This document shows positions 49,392 through 60,834 of a stretch of 64,000 nucleotides of DNA, one piece after another. Under the pieces are notes generated by a model that was not told where the DNA came from, made no database searches, and worked only from the letters and a program-made list of their open reading frames with translations. The DNA comes from Oikopleura dioica (lineage: Eukaryota > Animalia > Chordata). Made by a program: the position numbers and the translations under genes. Location of the stretch: the NCBI GenBank assembly GCA_907165135.1, contig OU015568.1, positions 8,060,001 to 8,124,000 of the forward strand, read 5' to 3'. Within the stretch, counting starts at the first letter, position 1; each line of letters starts with the position of its first letter.

Positions 49392-50463
49392 ATGTCTTTG
49401 AAAATAATTAAAGAATCAACAAAAAAGACGTGTAGCAGAGCAAAGAGTATATTCAGGTTTGACCAAGGCCGTATGCATCGATTTGATAAGTTTGTTACAG
49501 CAAACAAGTAGAAGAAGAGCCGATCGGGACGGAGATTGATTTAGAGCTACTGGAATACGTTGAAAAGGTCTGCTGATTTATAAAAATTTTCATGGCAAAA
49601 ATTAAGGGATACACTTTGATCAATGAAATTCGTGCTGAGATTTCAAGTCAACAAAAAATTCTTCAAAAAAGACGCGCTTCATTTTTCTTCCGAAAAGGAA
49701 AACGAAAACATGACTTTTCAAAAATCTCGCAGCTTCGTATGTTTCACAAAGAAATGGTAACACTTTTATATTGATAGAAATCTCACTTCTTTTAGAAAGA
49801 GAAGGGAAAGACATTGACAGGCATCGAGGCGAGAATATTAGAAATGCACTGCGAGGCTCAAGGGATTCTTCTTCAGACGCTTATCCACGTAAGTTTCGTT
49901 GATAACTTGTCGTTCTCACGAACTGATGTCTAGGATTACTTTGAGATCGTTGGGAAAATTGATGACACTAAGAGTCGTCTCAAAAACAAGGTATCTTCGT
50001 AAATTATTAAGTTTACAATTGGGATTACTACTCAGATGACTGAAATCGGCTTTGAAAATGCTTCGTACGTAGATGGGCCCCCTAGTCCAAGAATCGTCCG
50101 TTTTGTGGCTCCAGATTGTGCTGAAGAACTGGAGGAGCAAAATGAAACGATAAAAGCAATAGAAGACATAGAAGACAAAATCGACGAGGTTAATTTTCTT
50201 CACAACGTCATAAATCTCACCGTTCATGGTAAAACTAAATCATGTTTTACCGAGAATATCTGCTTTTACTAGGGCAGGGTGAAACTCTTGACAGAATCGA
50301 GCAATATGCTGAAGAAGGAGCATCGCAGCTGGAAAAGGGAGTGAAGAAAACCGCTAAAGCAGCGAGGCAGAAAAAATACTGCAGGATTCTGAAAATTGCT
50401 CTCTTCATTGTCTTGGCACCACTTTTGGTTATTGTCGGTTTGACAGTGATAACCTGGTTTTGA
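49392..50463 (+). CDS. Divergent Qa-SNARE (syntaxin-like)
   Basis: C-terminal SNARE motif IEDKIDEV...VHGQGETLDRIEQYAEEGASQLEKG, basic stretch and tail anchor ILKIALFIVLAPLLVIVGL. Confidence 0.75.
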
Positions 50464-50732
50464 GTTTCCATCGCTGATTCACATCGTGTAAATATAAACT
50501 TATGATTCACAGGATCAATATAAAAAAAGATCATAGAATAAATTTCTCAAAAATGTACTCGATCTTCTTCAAGCGTTCCTAAATGAACTTTCAGGTGACG
50601 AAATAAAGTAAAATTCACTTGCGTCAAGAGAAATTTAATTGCAAACAGCAAATTCATTTTGAACCGCTGAATGCATAAAAGCGAATTTCCCAGCCAACAT
50701 GATCAATTTAAATTTCACATTGTTTTCTAAAA

Positions 50733-52474
50733 ATGAAGCTTTTATCGACTTTTCTGGCGTCGGCCTTTTCTCAAACATGTCCGAAACTGGCCGATAATCC
50801 GAATTTTCAGGTTTATCCTTCGGAAGAGAGAGTTTTTAAAGAGAAGCTTTAGAATATTGCTCACGCTACTGGACACAATGGGTGTGCACAATCAACAATT
50901 ATCGGGCACAACCAGGAATGTAACGTCAAATGCGCAAGTGGTTACGAATTGAACAGTCAGGACTGGGCCCTACCCGCCAAATGCAAGGTTCTTGACGGCG
51001 TGGATCCCTACTGGACCTTTTCGGGGAAGTATGGAAGTGGCGAGTCAAACAAAGTCGCTGAATTCGGTTGCTGCCTCAAGCATTCTTTGAAAGTCGGACA
51101 CACGCTCAAGGCTTGGAATTTAAATAGAAACTTTGGCACACCCTATGCCGAGGCAGATGCTAACTTTGCTTTGTTCAACATGTTCGTAAAGAACAACTCC
51201 AAATGGTCCACTGCAGGTAATCTTCAAGTTTTTCCTACTCTAAATCATTTATAAGCGACAAATGGGTACTCTTTCTTACTCGTATTCCCAAACATTTTGC
51301 CGGCTGATGTCACCGTAAAGACTTTTGCTCGGCTAGAAGTCACTGACGTCTACAGAGATCCTCGAAGCGCGAAAACCCTCGTCAGGTTGAACTCTAAGCC
51401 TGGATTTGAGTCCTTTCCACTTGATTCGAAAATTGCACTTATGTTCGCGCTTGAATCGGCTCCTGGAGGAACGAATATCAAAGACTACGCAGATAATAAT
51501 GCTATCTCAGTGAAGTTTTACCATGAACGGCACCCGTGCTTTTGCGCAGGCAATACTGACTTGTGCAGTTATCTCGTGCCACCACCGACAAAATGTTAGC
51601 GATCATTTTTATCTTCCTTTTATAACTATTTTTATAGTCGCAAGTTTCAACATTCAGGTCTTCGGAACGACAAAATACGGCAAGACAGAAGTGAAGGATC
51701 AAATCGTTCAGATATTGAACAGATACGACATTGCTACAACTCAGGTTAAATTGTTTGAACATTGACATTTAAACTTTTCAGGAAATCCGCGATAGTAGTG
51801 AGACCGCGTTCCCCAGCCTTGTCGGAGACATCAACGCTGTGAACGACATCTATGACTGGTGGACTGGGGCTCGCCAAGGAACCACAAGCAGCAAAGAACA
51901 AGTCGGCTTTATCTGGGATCGAAACGATTTCTCCAAGGTCGATGGTTACGATTTCGACGACTCTTCAACCCTCTGGTTCGAGCGACCACCAACTGTGCTT
52001 GTTCTCGAGCGAGTAAGCGTTAATTATGAGCAATTTCAAACTCAAAAACTGGGAATCATTTCCGGCCATCTGAAGCCGGTCACTGGAGTCAGTGACATGG
52101 TTACTGAAGACGAAATCAACCACTTGCAAGATGTCTACAACGATCTCCTTGTTAAACACCCAGACATCAACGACGTTTTAATTGTTGGTGACTTCAACGC
52201 TGACTGCAACTATGTTGCGAATCCCGAAAGTCTCACTCTCTACACAGAACCTTCCAATGACTGGCTCATCCCCTTTGAAGCTGACACTACAGTATCCCCC
52301 ACCGACTGCGCGTACGATCACATCGTCCTTTATGGAAACATCCGAAACAATGTCGTCAGCTCCGGCGTTTTCGACTACCAGACATACTACGACACCGACC
52401 AGATTTTCTATAACGGAGACCCAATTACCGACCTAATCTCCGATCACTTCCCTGTAGAGTTTGAGTTTTTCTAA
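50733..52474 (+). CDS. Secreted modular DNase I: signal + sushi-like + unknown domain + DNase I (~526 aa)
   Basis: Four GT-AG introns (42, 39, 43, 37 nt) give one 527-codon frame. DNase I motifs FNIQVFG, QEIRD, KEQ, GHLKP, GDFNADC, YDHIV, ISDHFPVEF. Confidence 0.85.
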
Positions 52475-53183
52475 GTACCGACTGCAGAAAATAAACGACA
52501 TAGATTTCTTCCACTCCGTTTTCTACAGTTCTTCCTAACCGTTCACCATTTTTCTAAGCTAACGTCCTGCAAGAAATGACACAAAAAGAGTTTTACAGAG
52601 ATAGGTTTTTATTGCTTTTTTTTGCAATAATATCATCTTCTTTTTTCCTTTTGGCTTGAGATGCCGGTGGAAACTTGGATAATTCGGCAGGCTCGATGAA
52701 TCTCCATCTTGGAGTTCATAACAGAGAGTGCTTCTATGAAACCCTCTCTGAAGCACACTCTTTCGCGAATTCTTAATTATTTATAAATTTATAATTCACA
52801 GTCCGAAAAACACTTACCTGTAAAGTATCTGGGCCGGACCTTCAAAAATCCGAAGACTGACTCACTTCGCTCGCCGGAGCCCTGACATCAACAACAAATC
52901 TAGAGATTTTTCAAGGCATCTAGAGAAACAGCTTCTTCATTCATCAACACCCCTGAGGGCTAGAAGGGGAAAGCAACATCTACAGAGCTCTAGAAAATAA
53001 TCGTAAACAACCTTTGTCAATTCAGATTCCTTTGTATACGACCCTGAGGGTCAGGGTCTGAGCTTATATTCTTTCAAAGAGCATAAGTTCATAAATTGTG
53101 AGCAGGATTACTCGTAAAACCGCAAAATAAAGACTTTCGAGCAGAGGCGTTGCTTTTCAGTAGAGTTAATTTTCCATCAACGG

Positions 53184-55099
53184 ATGTTGTTAATTTTGCT
53201 TTTTCACGCTGTTTTTGCCCAAAACGGAGATGGGCCAATTTCAGATATAATAAATGGAAATGGAACGGTTAGGTACGATACAACAACAGTCGGAAACTCT
53301 AGCAATTATCAAGACGAAAGTAGAAGGCAAAAATTGAAAGAGGATGAGGTGCAAGTCCGGGCTATTTTCGGCATAATAGTTGGCAACGATGATTTAATCA
53401 ATGCATGTTACGAAGCTGCCAGAGCGTATCAAATCGTCGATGGCGATTTTCAAACAACCGTTTCCACAAATTTGACCAATATTTTCACGAATGGGCAAGT
53501 AGCAATAAGCGGGAACACGCCTTTGGCTGGTTATTTTAATCAAACTTTTACATCGGCGCTGGAACCCATCAACCCAGAAATATTAGAGTTTGGAGGAGAA
53601 GGATTTGATGATGATTTTCTCGATCGCACCGATTATGTGTTTTCCGATGATTTCATTTACTGCAACATTTTAAACCGCCAAGTTGAGCAGTACGAAAACT
53701 CGGTAAGTCGTCCGAAAATATCTTGATTGACTTTCAATGTCTAGGAGCTTCTTACAGTTACTTTCGCCTTTCGCTCAAAAATAGAAATTGACGAAGAAGA
53801 GTTTTCTGCTACTCTTGAATTCGCCCTCACAAAACGAAACCTGCAACTGCTCAAGATCATCCCTTACACTCCCGAAACAATGGTATATTTCATCGTCCAA
53901 ATCTGTACTGTCGCCATTGTCGGAGCTGGAGGATTGGGTCTTTTGATTGGAAACATCATTGCTGGTGGCTGTTCAACCGTTTTCCACTCACTCATGATGG
54001 GAGTATTGCAAGTAGTAGACATTTACCCTGATGTCTACACATGGTACGAGTACAACACTGATGATAAAATTGCCGTGTCCGTTAATTCCTACGTGTCAGT
54101 CTTCTTGATCGGTAGGAAGCTCTAGGATGACCTGAAAACTAAACTTTTGTCAAAGTATTCAGCGCGATGAAAGTCGTCAATTTTATGGTTACGTTGTTTC
54201 TTCTTTTCGCCAAAGAAAGAGTTGACAACAACGAGGACAAATGCCTTGGAAAATCATTCAGCTTGATTGTGGAAAATAATATCATTTTGGACAGTCTTGG
54301 CTGGATTCAGAAATTACTTCTTTACTTTTATGAATGATTTCAATTCTCTTAATTGTCTTAATCCTTCGTAAAGTAATGAAATCAAAAATAGATGGCTAGA
54401 AACATGATTCCAGGGAGCCAAGTAACAAATGCTTTCTGGGTCTCTATTTTTGCCTTTATCATTCTTCAAGCAATCAAAATCATTGAAGCGCTTGCATCTT
54501 TGTGTATGCCTAAATGTGGCTGCAAACAGGTTTTTGATAAAATAGTGGAAGTTTTCATTTCTAGTGTCTCCAATTTCACAAAGAGCAGAAAAAGCTGGAT
54601 AAAGCGACAGGAACTTGCTCGAAAAGGATGGGATTCGTTTTGCTCTTCATCAAGCTTTCTGCTGCGATTTGTTTTGCAGTAGAAACAGTTCAGGCGTACG
54701 TGATTGACAACTGCGTTGAGATCAATGTAAAAACAACGATTGAAGATGACAAAAGTGCCTTTTGTAAAAGTTTACCAGTACCGGTTGATCATAACTGGTA
54801 TCGGCGACGAGTACAAGGTATAAAGCCTGGGTTACCTAAATGAGAAAATATAATTGCTGTTCAGAGACCGGGTTTTGCATTGAAAATGAACTGATCGATG
54901 GTGCTCAAGATTTCAAAACAGTCGTCTATCCTTTCCGATCTGGCTGCACGAATATGATTGAACGAAGCTTTATTGGTATTCTTAGAGTAAAACTTTGTTT
55001 GCTCCAAACTTTTTAGCTTTCACTGGCATCTCGCTGATTTTGGCCTTCTTAGTCACAGTAACGACTCTACTTGGTCACAGACCGAAGTCATTTTTCTGA
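53184..55099 (+). CDS. Orphan multi-pass membrane protein with a ~200-aa extracellular N-terminus
   Basis: Signal MLLILLFHAVFA, N-glycosylation-rich ectodomain, then several hydrophobic segments across exons; ends GHRPKSFF*. Confidence 0.6.
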
Positions 55100-55327
55100 A
55101 AATCAGTCAAATTTTCATGAAATAAATTAATATTTCCTCGATTTTACGTCTAAATTCACTTGTCCAAAAATGGTTCGCCCAAAAAACGATCGTTTTTACG
55201 TCAATCTGACTCAGCGACAGGATTTCAGCGCATCTTTTCAGCGTCTCCCGTAAAAAAAATAAAATCGATACTGTTCCTCGATTCGGATTTTCATTCCCTA
55301 ACAATGAATTAAATCATTTTTGTGCCG

Positions 55328-56197
55328 ATGAGTTCTTTACAAGGAACTGATTACTACGCGGTTTTGGGAGTCTCGAAAAACGCGACAGAGGAAGAAATTG
55401 ATAATGCGTTTAGAAAAGCAGAGGCGAAATTCAAGTGGAAGAAGGAAAGCGTTGAAGGATTTTTGAATTTCAAAGATTTCGAATTTTTTAATTTCAACGC
55501 CGGAAAAGGATGCATACAATATCTTGAAAGAATTACTCTTCGTCGCGGAAGTTGGACAGAACGTAGAAGATATCCTCATGCTCGATAAAAATATTCAATT
55601 TATTCTTTTTCAGTGCAATGTGACAGATGAAATCTCGGAATCCTGGAAGCAACGGGAACTGGAGAAAATGAGAAGAGAGCTTGGACCTGTCGGGGGCGTG
55701 GGACACTTTTGGGGGAATGATCGAATGATTGCGACTGGTGGAGTGAGAAATTGGATGGAAGAATCGGAAATGGAGAATATTCTTATGCTCCTGGCTTTGG
55801 GAGAAACCAAAATTAACCTCAAGGAACGGGAGCTTTCTTGCAATTTTTCTATCGAATAAATGGTTTCTGAAAGCTCCAATTGAAGTTTTGGTGGAGCCAG
55901 GATCTGGAGGCAAAGGGAAACGGATGGAATATCAAGTTCAAAAGCGCGAAAGGAGGATATGGCACGTATAATCTTTGGATTTGGAAAACCGGTAAAGACT
56001 AGCGTGGAAAATTTGTTGATGAAAATTAAGAAGGGAATGTGCGATTTAAAGCGCTGACGCAAGAAATCAACTTTGTTAATGGAGACGAGTACAACAGAAA
56101 AGAAATCAACAGTGAACCAGACGATGGGAAGCAAGTTATCAAATACGAGAGCGAAGGCCGTTGCGGTTATTTCAGATTTAATGTCAACCTACTGTGA
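55328..56197 (+). CDS. J-domain-like protein lacking the HPD motif
   Basis: DYYAVLGVSKNATEEEIDNAFRK-AEAKFK...DAYNIL. The 3' exons to 56197 are tentative; AATAAA follows. Confidence 0.5.
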
Positions 56198-56277
56198 ATA
56201 AAGCTTTTGTAGACATGCAATAAAATTATAAACTTTAGAACATTTGGTTGATAAACAGACAAGCAGCAGCAGCCATC

Positions 56278-56396
56278 GCTTAGCGTCATACCGCGTAGAA
56301 TGAACCAGTTCTCGTCCGATCACTGAAGTTAAACTACGACGGGCGGGGTTAGTACTTACATGGGTGACCGGTTGGGAATACCTCGTGCGCTAAGCA
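56278..56396 (+). rRNA. 5S rRNA
   Basis: 119 nt, GCTTAGCGTCATACC...GATC...GTTAGTACTT..ATGGG.GACC...GGGAATACC..GTGCGCTAAGCA followed by a TTTT Pol III terminator. Confidence 0.96.
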
Positions 56397-56654
56397 TTTT
56401 GACGTTTTTGCGAAGAAAAACAATCATCCTTTTCCCACGTATACATTTTTGATTGCCGTTCACTCGAGCAATGAGAAGCTAGTAAGAAAATCGCTGTGAG
56501 TTCGCATCGAAAAGGTGTTTAGAGTGGAGCTTGCGTGGCGGGCGGCGTGGCACTTGAGAAAAAGCGCCCTCCACCGCGCGCTTCTGTGAAAAGAGGCCGA
56601 AAATAGGAGCGCGCAGCGACAAAACGACCTCGAAATCAAGCACCCCTTCTCTTT

Positions 56655-56745
56655 ACTCATCCCATTTTTGAGTCCGATTTCGATTGTCTAACAGGTAAGA
56701 ATCGTCTCCATGCCCTCTCTCTCCCATCCCTCTCGCCTCTTACAA
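56655..56745 (+). ncRNA. Spliced-leader (SL) RNA gene
   Basis: ACTCATCCCATTTTTGAGTCCGATTTCGATTGTCTAACAG (56655-56694), the 40-nt O. dioica leader as I recall it, followed by the GTAAGA donor. 3' end estimated. Confidence 0.93.
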
Positions 56746-57159
56746 ACAAGAACAAACTACGAAAGTGAAACCACGTACAGCTGTGTTCGTACTGACTCGC
56801 TTTTTGGAAATTCTTAAGAACTAAAGTGACCCTTTAAGTTTTCGAAAATTCCACTTCCGGTCCGATTCTAGAGCCGGAACTTGACGAAATTTAGGAGTTA
56901 GGGTAAAGTGATGATTTCCTATACTTTAAAAAAAGAATCGATCCCGACGGTGGTCAAACCAACCGGTTAAAACTGAATAAAATTTCATCAATTTATGTCT
57001 TTTTTCACTCCTAAATTTCGTCAAGTTCCGGCTCTAGAATCGGACCGGAAGTGGAATTTTCGAAAACTTAAAGGGTCACTTTAGTTCTTAAGAATTTCCA
57101 AAAAGCGAGTCAGTACGAACACAGCTGTACGTGGTTTCACTTTCGTAGTTTGTTCTTGT

Positions 57160-57250
57160 TTGTAAGAGGCGAGAGGGATGGGAGAGAGAGGGCATGGAGA
57201 CGATTCTTACCTGTTAGACAATCGAAATCGGACTCAAAAATGGGATGAGT
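57160..57250 (-). ncRNA. Spliced-leader (SL) RNA gene, mirror copy
   Basis: Exact reverse complement; leader exon at 57211-57250. Confidence 0.93.
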
Positions 57251-57508
57251 AAAGAGAAGGGGTGCTTGATTTCGAGGTCGTTTTGTCGCTGCGCGCTCCT
57301 ATTTTCGGCCTCTTTTCACAGAAGCGCGCGGTGGAGGGCGCTTTTTCTCAAGTGCCACGCCGCCCGCCACGCAAGCTCCACTCTAAACACCTTTTCGATG
57401 CGAACTCACAGCGATTTTCTTACTAGCTTCTCATTGCTCGAGTGAACGGCAATCAAAAATGTATACGTGGGAAAAGGATGATTGTTTTTCTTCGCAAAAA
57501 CGTCAAAA

Positions 57509-57627
57509 TGCTTAGCGCACGAGGTATTCCCAACCGGTCACCCATGTAAGTACTAACCCCGCCCGTCGTAGTTTAACTTCAGTGATCGGACGAGAACTGG
57601 TTCATTCTACGCGGTATGACGCTAAGC
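57509..57627 (-). rRNA. 5S rRNA, mirror copy
   Basis: Exact reverse complement of 56278-56396. Confidence 0.96.
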
Positions 57628-57779
57628 GATAGCTGCTGCTGATGGTCCGTTAATCAACCAAATGTTCTAAAGCATATAATTTTAACGCAAAGAACTCGAT
57701 TTCTAACGAAAGGATTCCTACGGCAACCAAATGATCAAGCATCTGAAAATATGACAGCTTTCATTTTTTTCTGTTTATT

Positions 57780-59893
57780 TTAAGCGATAGAGAAAGAAGG
57801 ATTATTCTCGCTAGTTGCTTCTTGATTCTGCTGTCCGGGAGGTGCTGGTTTCGTTGGAGAAACAGTGAAGAACATAGTTTTTATAGTCACAATGATTTTC
57901 AGGACAAGCAGAATGCATGTTAGTCCAATAACCGGCTGGAACATGAAGAGACTTTGATACTTGCTTCCTTGAGTTTTTCATGCTTTCAATTCCAAGACCT
58001 TCATGAAATATGAGAAACTCAGACTTTGCTCATTTCCAAGCTCCTGCATCAGTGACTCCCTCGATGCACTTATATCCTTGTTTATTGAATCAATTGAATA
58101 ATGAACTTCTTTGAAATGACTTTTGAGATAGTCATTGATGGTTTTCAAGCATTCCTCCGATTTTTCTAATCAAATAAAATTGCAAAATATTCGACAAATC
58201 GGTTTTCATTACTTGGCGCTCTGCATCCGCTCATTGGATAGTAGAGGAATTGAAGATGTTTCTGTCTTCTATATTCCTCATCGCGTCTTGACCAGTAATC
58301 AAGTTTGTTAAGATCCAAAGCTCCTGGATTTTCAACGAGCGGTGGCTCACATTCCTCGTAACCCAAATAGCATCCTCCCTTTTCGTCGATATCAAAACCA
58401 ACGCACGGCTTTTGCAACGGTTTAAACCTCTTTATCTAACGACAAATAATTTTAAAAGGCAAACCATTCCTTTCCATCGACTTTCGAACTTTCACAAAGA
58501 TTGTAGCAGTCGTCGATGCTGGTGACGGGAATTCGTGTTACATTTGCTGCGATTCCGGTCATGTTCCCTGGAGCAGCAGCGCATGAACCTTTTAGAACAT
58601 GTGTACACATAACAGAAAGCTCTTAAAAAAGTATGAGATCTGGCTGTTTTAGTTGTAAGGTCGAAGCCTATAAATTACCGTGACAATCAGTGTTTTCATT
58701 AATACACTCATAATTATGATTAATTTCGTTGACCTCAATGAGCCGATGGCAGTACTCGTCCTCTTTGCAGCTATGCGAGTCCAGACAAGGGTGACCTCAA
58801 ATATTCGTTTTCAGAAAAAAAACCTTTTGTACATACTGCTCCCTCGCCGGCAAATACTCCAAAAAGCAGAATAGCTTCCCTCGTTACAGCACTCGTAGAG
58901 ATGCTGACCTTCGGGAATGCATCTCTCCGTGGCGTGACAAACGTGGTCGCCGGTCCAGCATGGGTTAACTTAAGGATATAGCCTATGAAATTGAACTTTC
59001 ATAGCGCCTAAATGCGACGTCGGATCATTTTATTTCAAAAACAATCCTATCTAAAAATGTATGCAGAACTCGATTCTGGTACTTGTTTAAAAATTTTTAG
59101 TATATTTTTTCTCTGTAGAGCGTTTTGAAATCTTACGATCGCGATTTCTCGAAATTTTTACATTAAATCGCTAAAACTAAACCAATGACTGCATTAGCAA
59201 AATGCTAAACTAAAATATTGTGGCTAGAAAATCCTCAAACTCGGCCAAATTTTCATTCTAGTGTTTTCCTCTTTCTTGCTCTTGTTTTTCTTCCATGCGC
59301 GCTTTTTCGGGTCCAACCAATCAGAGCGCTCTTTCAAACGCGCAGACTCTCTCGGAAAAGAGGAGTCGAGAGATTGAGCACCCAGCGCAGCGCTTTTTAC
59401 ACTATTCACGCGCTGAGGAAGCCTCATGGAAATGGCTCTAAAATCGGTTTTTGTCGGGATAAGAGAAAACCGAAGCCACAATATTGTAGATAAGGGTCTA
59501 GATTACTTTTCTATCAAAAAAAAACTCGACCGATTTAATGTAAATATTTCGAGAAATCGCGATCGTAAGATTTCAAAACGCTCTACAGAGAAAAAATATA
59601 CTAAAAATTTTTAAACAAGTACCAGAATCGAGTTCTGCATACATTTTTAGATAGGATTGTTTTTGAAATAAAATGATCCGACGTCGCATTTAGGCGCTAT
59701 GAAAGTTCAATTTCATAGGCTATATCCTTAATTAACTTTGATAAACTGTAAATTGCAGCTTCTGCCGATTTTTGCCAAAATTCTCTTCAGCAAGCTTTGA
59801 TATCAAACAAAATACCCTTGACTTACGTGGATATGGAATATCACTCGCAAAACAGCTGACTAACAGGGCTAAGAAAAGATAAATTCCCGCCAT
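57780..59893 (-). CDS. EGF-like + PAN domain type I membrane protein (possibly disrupted)
   Basis: Exon 1 MAGIYLFLALLVSCFASDIPYP; LNPCWTGDHVCHATERC; HPCLDSHSCKEDEYC; IDDCYNLC...PCVGFDIDEKGGCYL; TM IGLTCILLVLKIIV. Needs a 1-nt frameshift fix or an atypical 34-nt intron near 58861-58870. Confidence 0.6.
58974..59727. mobile_element. 754-bp TTAA-target MITE with 197-bp TIRs (Kolobok/T2-like termini), copy 1
   Basis: TTAA on both flanks; TIRs 58974-59170 and 59531-59727 differ at one position that I could see; termini GG...CC. Confidence 0.9.
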
Positions 59894-60081
59894 CTGCTAC
59901 ACTCTTAGTCTCTAAAATGTCGAACTAAAACTCCATTCGCTCTCAGCTAGTTAACGATTGTGATATTTCTCGGATTTTATTTTAATCTACCACACCGAAA
60001 AGTATTTCTTCTCATAGAAAGGTCTCTTACTTATCTAGTAGATTACTTTTATAGCTATTTTGTCACTTCCACTGCAATTAA

Positions 60082-60834
60082 GGATATAAGCTATGAATTT
60101 GAACTTTCGTAGCGCCTAAATGCGACGTAGGATCATTTTCACTTCAAAAGTAGTCCTACCTAAAAATGCACGTAAAAGTCAAATCTGGTACTTTTAAAAA
60201 AAAATTTATAGAAAATTTTCGTTTTAGAGCGTTTTGAAATCTTACGCTCTCGATTTCTCGAAATTTTTCCACTAAATCGGTCGAGTTTTTTCGATGAATA
60301 ACTTCTCTTAACCCTTATCTACAAAATTGACGGATCAGTTTTCCCTAATTCCGACCGAAACCGATTTTAGAGCCATTTCCATGAGGCTTACCCAGCGCGT
60401 GAATAGTGTAAAAAGCGGCGCGATGGGCGCTCGCTCTCTCAGCTCCTCTTTTCCGTGAGAGTGGCGCGGTTGAGCGGAGCGCTTTGATTGGTTGCACGCG
60501 AAAAAGCACAAAAAGAAGAAAAACTCGAGCAAGAAAGAGGAAAACGCTAGAATGAAAATTTGAGGGAGTTTCGAAATAAAAGCCCGTCAATTTTCTAGCT
60601 TAACATCATCAAAATAAAAGACACGGTTTAGTTTTAGCGATTCAATGGAAAAAATTCGAGCAATCGAGAGCGTAAGATTTGAATCGCTCTAGAGAGAAAA
60701 TTTTCCATAAAATTTTTTTCAAAAGTTCCAGATTTGACTTTTACGTGCATTTTTAGGTAGGACTACTTTTGAAGTGAAAATGATCCTACTTCGCATTTAG
60801 GCGCTACGAAAGTTCAAATTCATAGCTTATATCC
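60082..60834. mobile_element. 753-bp TTAA-target MITE, copy 2 (diverged, opposite orientation)
   Basis: TTAA flanks at 60078-81 and 60835-38; ~200-bp TIRs with several mismatches; interior is the reverse complement homolog of copy 1. Confidence 0.88.

Larger units (their letters stand above)
56275..57630. repeat. Perfect palindrome: 624-bp arms (56275-56898, 57007-57630), 108-bp spacer
   Basis: Paired coordinates sum to 113905 at both arm ends; identical 66-aa ORFs at 56460-56660(-) and 57245-57445(+). Confidence 0.95.

Noticed and set aside
52860-53060. Recurrent CCCTGAGGG / TCAGGG motifs (AP-2-like) upstream of the 53184 gene
   Set aside because: Short motifs with only two exact copies; cannot be distinguished from chance.
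56460-57445. Two identical 66-aa ORFs (MSKEKGCLIS...)
   Set aside because: They are mirror images caused by the palindrome and lie antisense over the SL promoter; no coding signal.
59426-59614. MEMALKSVFVGI resembling the CSTF2 RNP2 motif (RSVFVGNI)
   Set aside because: Short chance similarity inside the MITE interior and TIR; no further RRM similarity.
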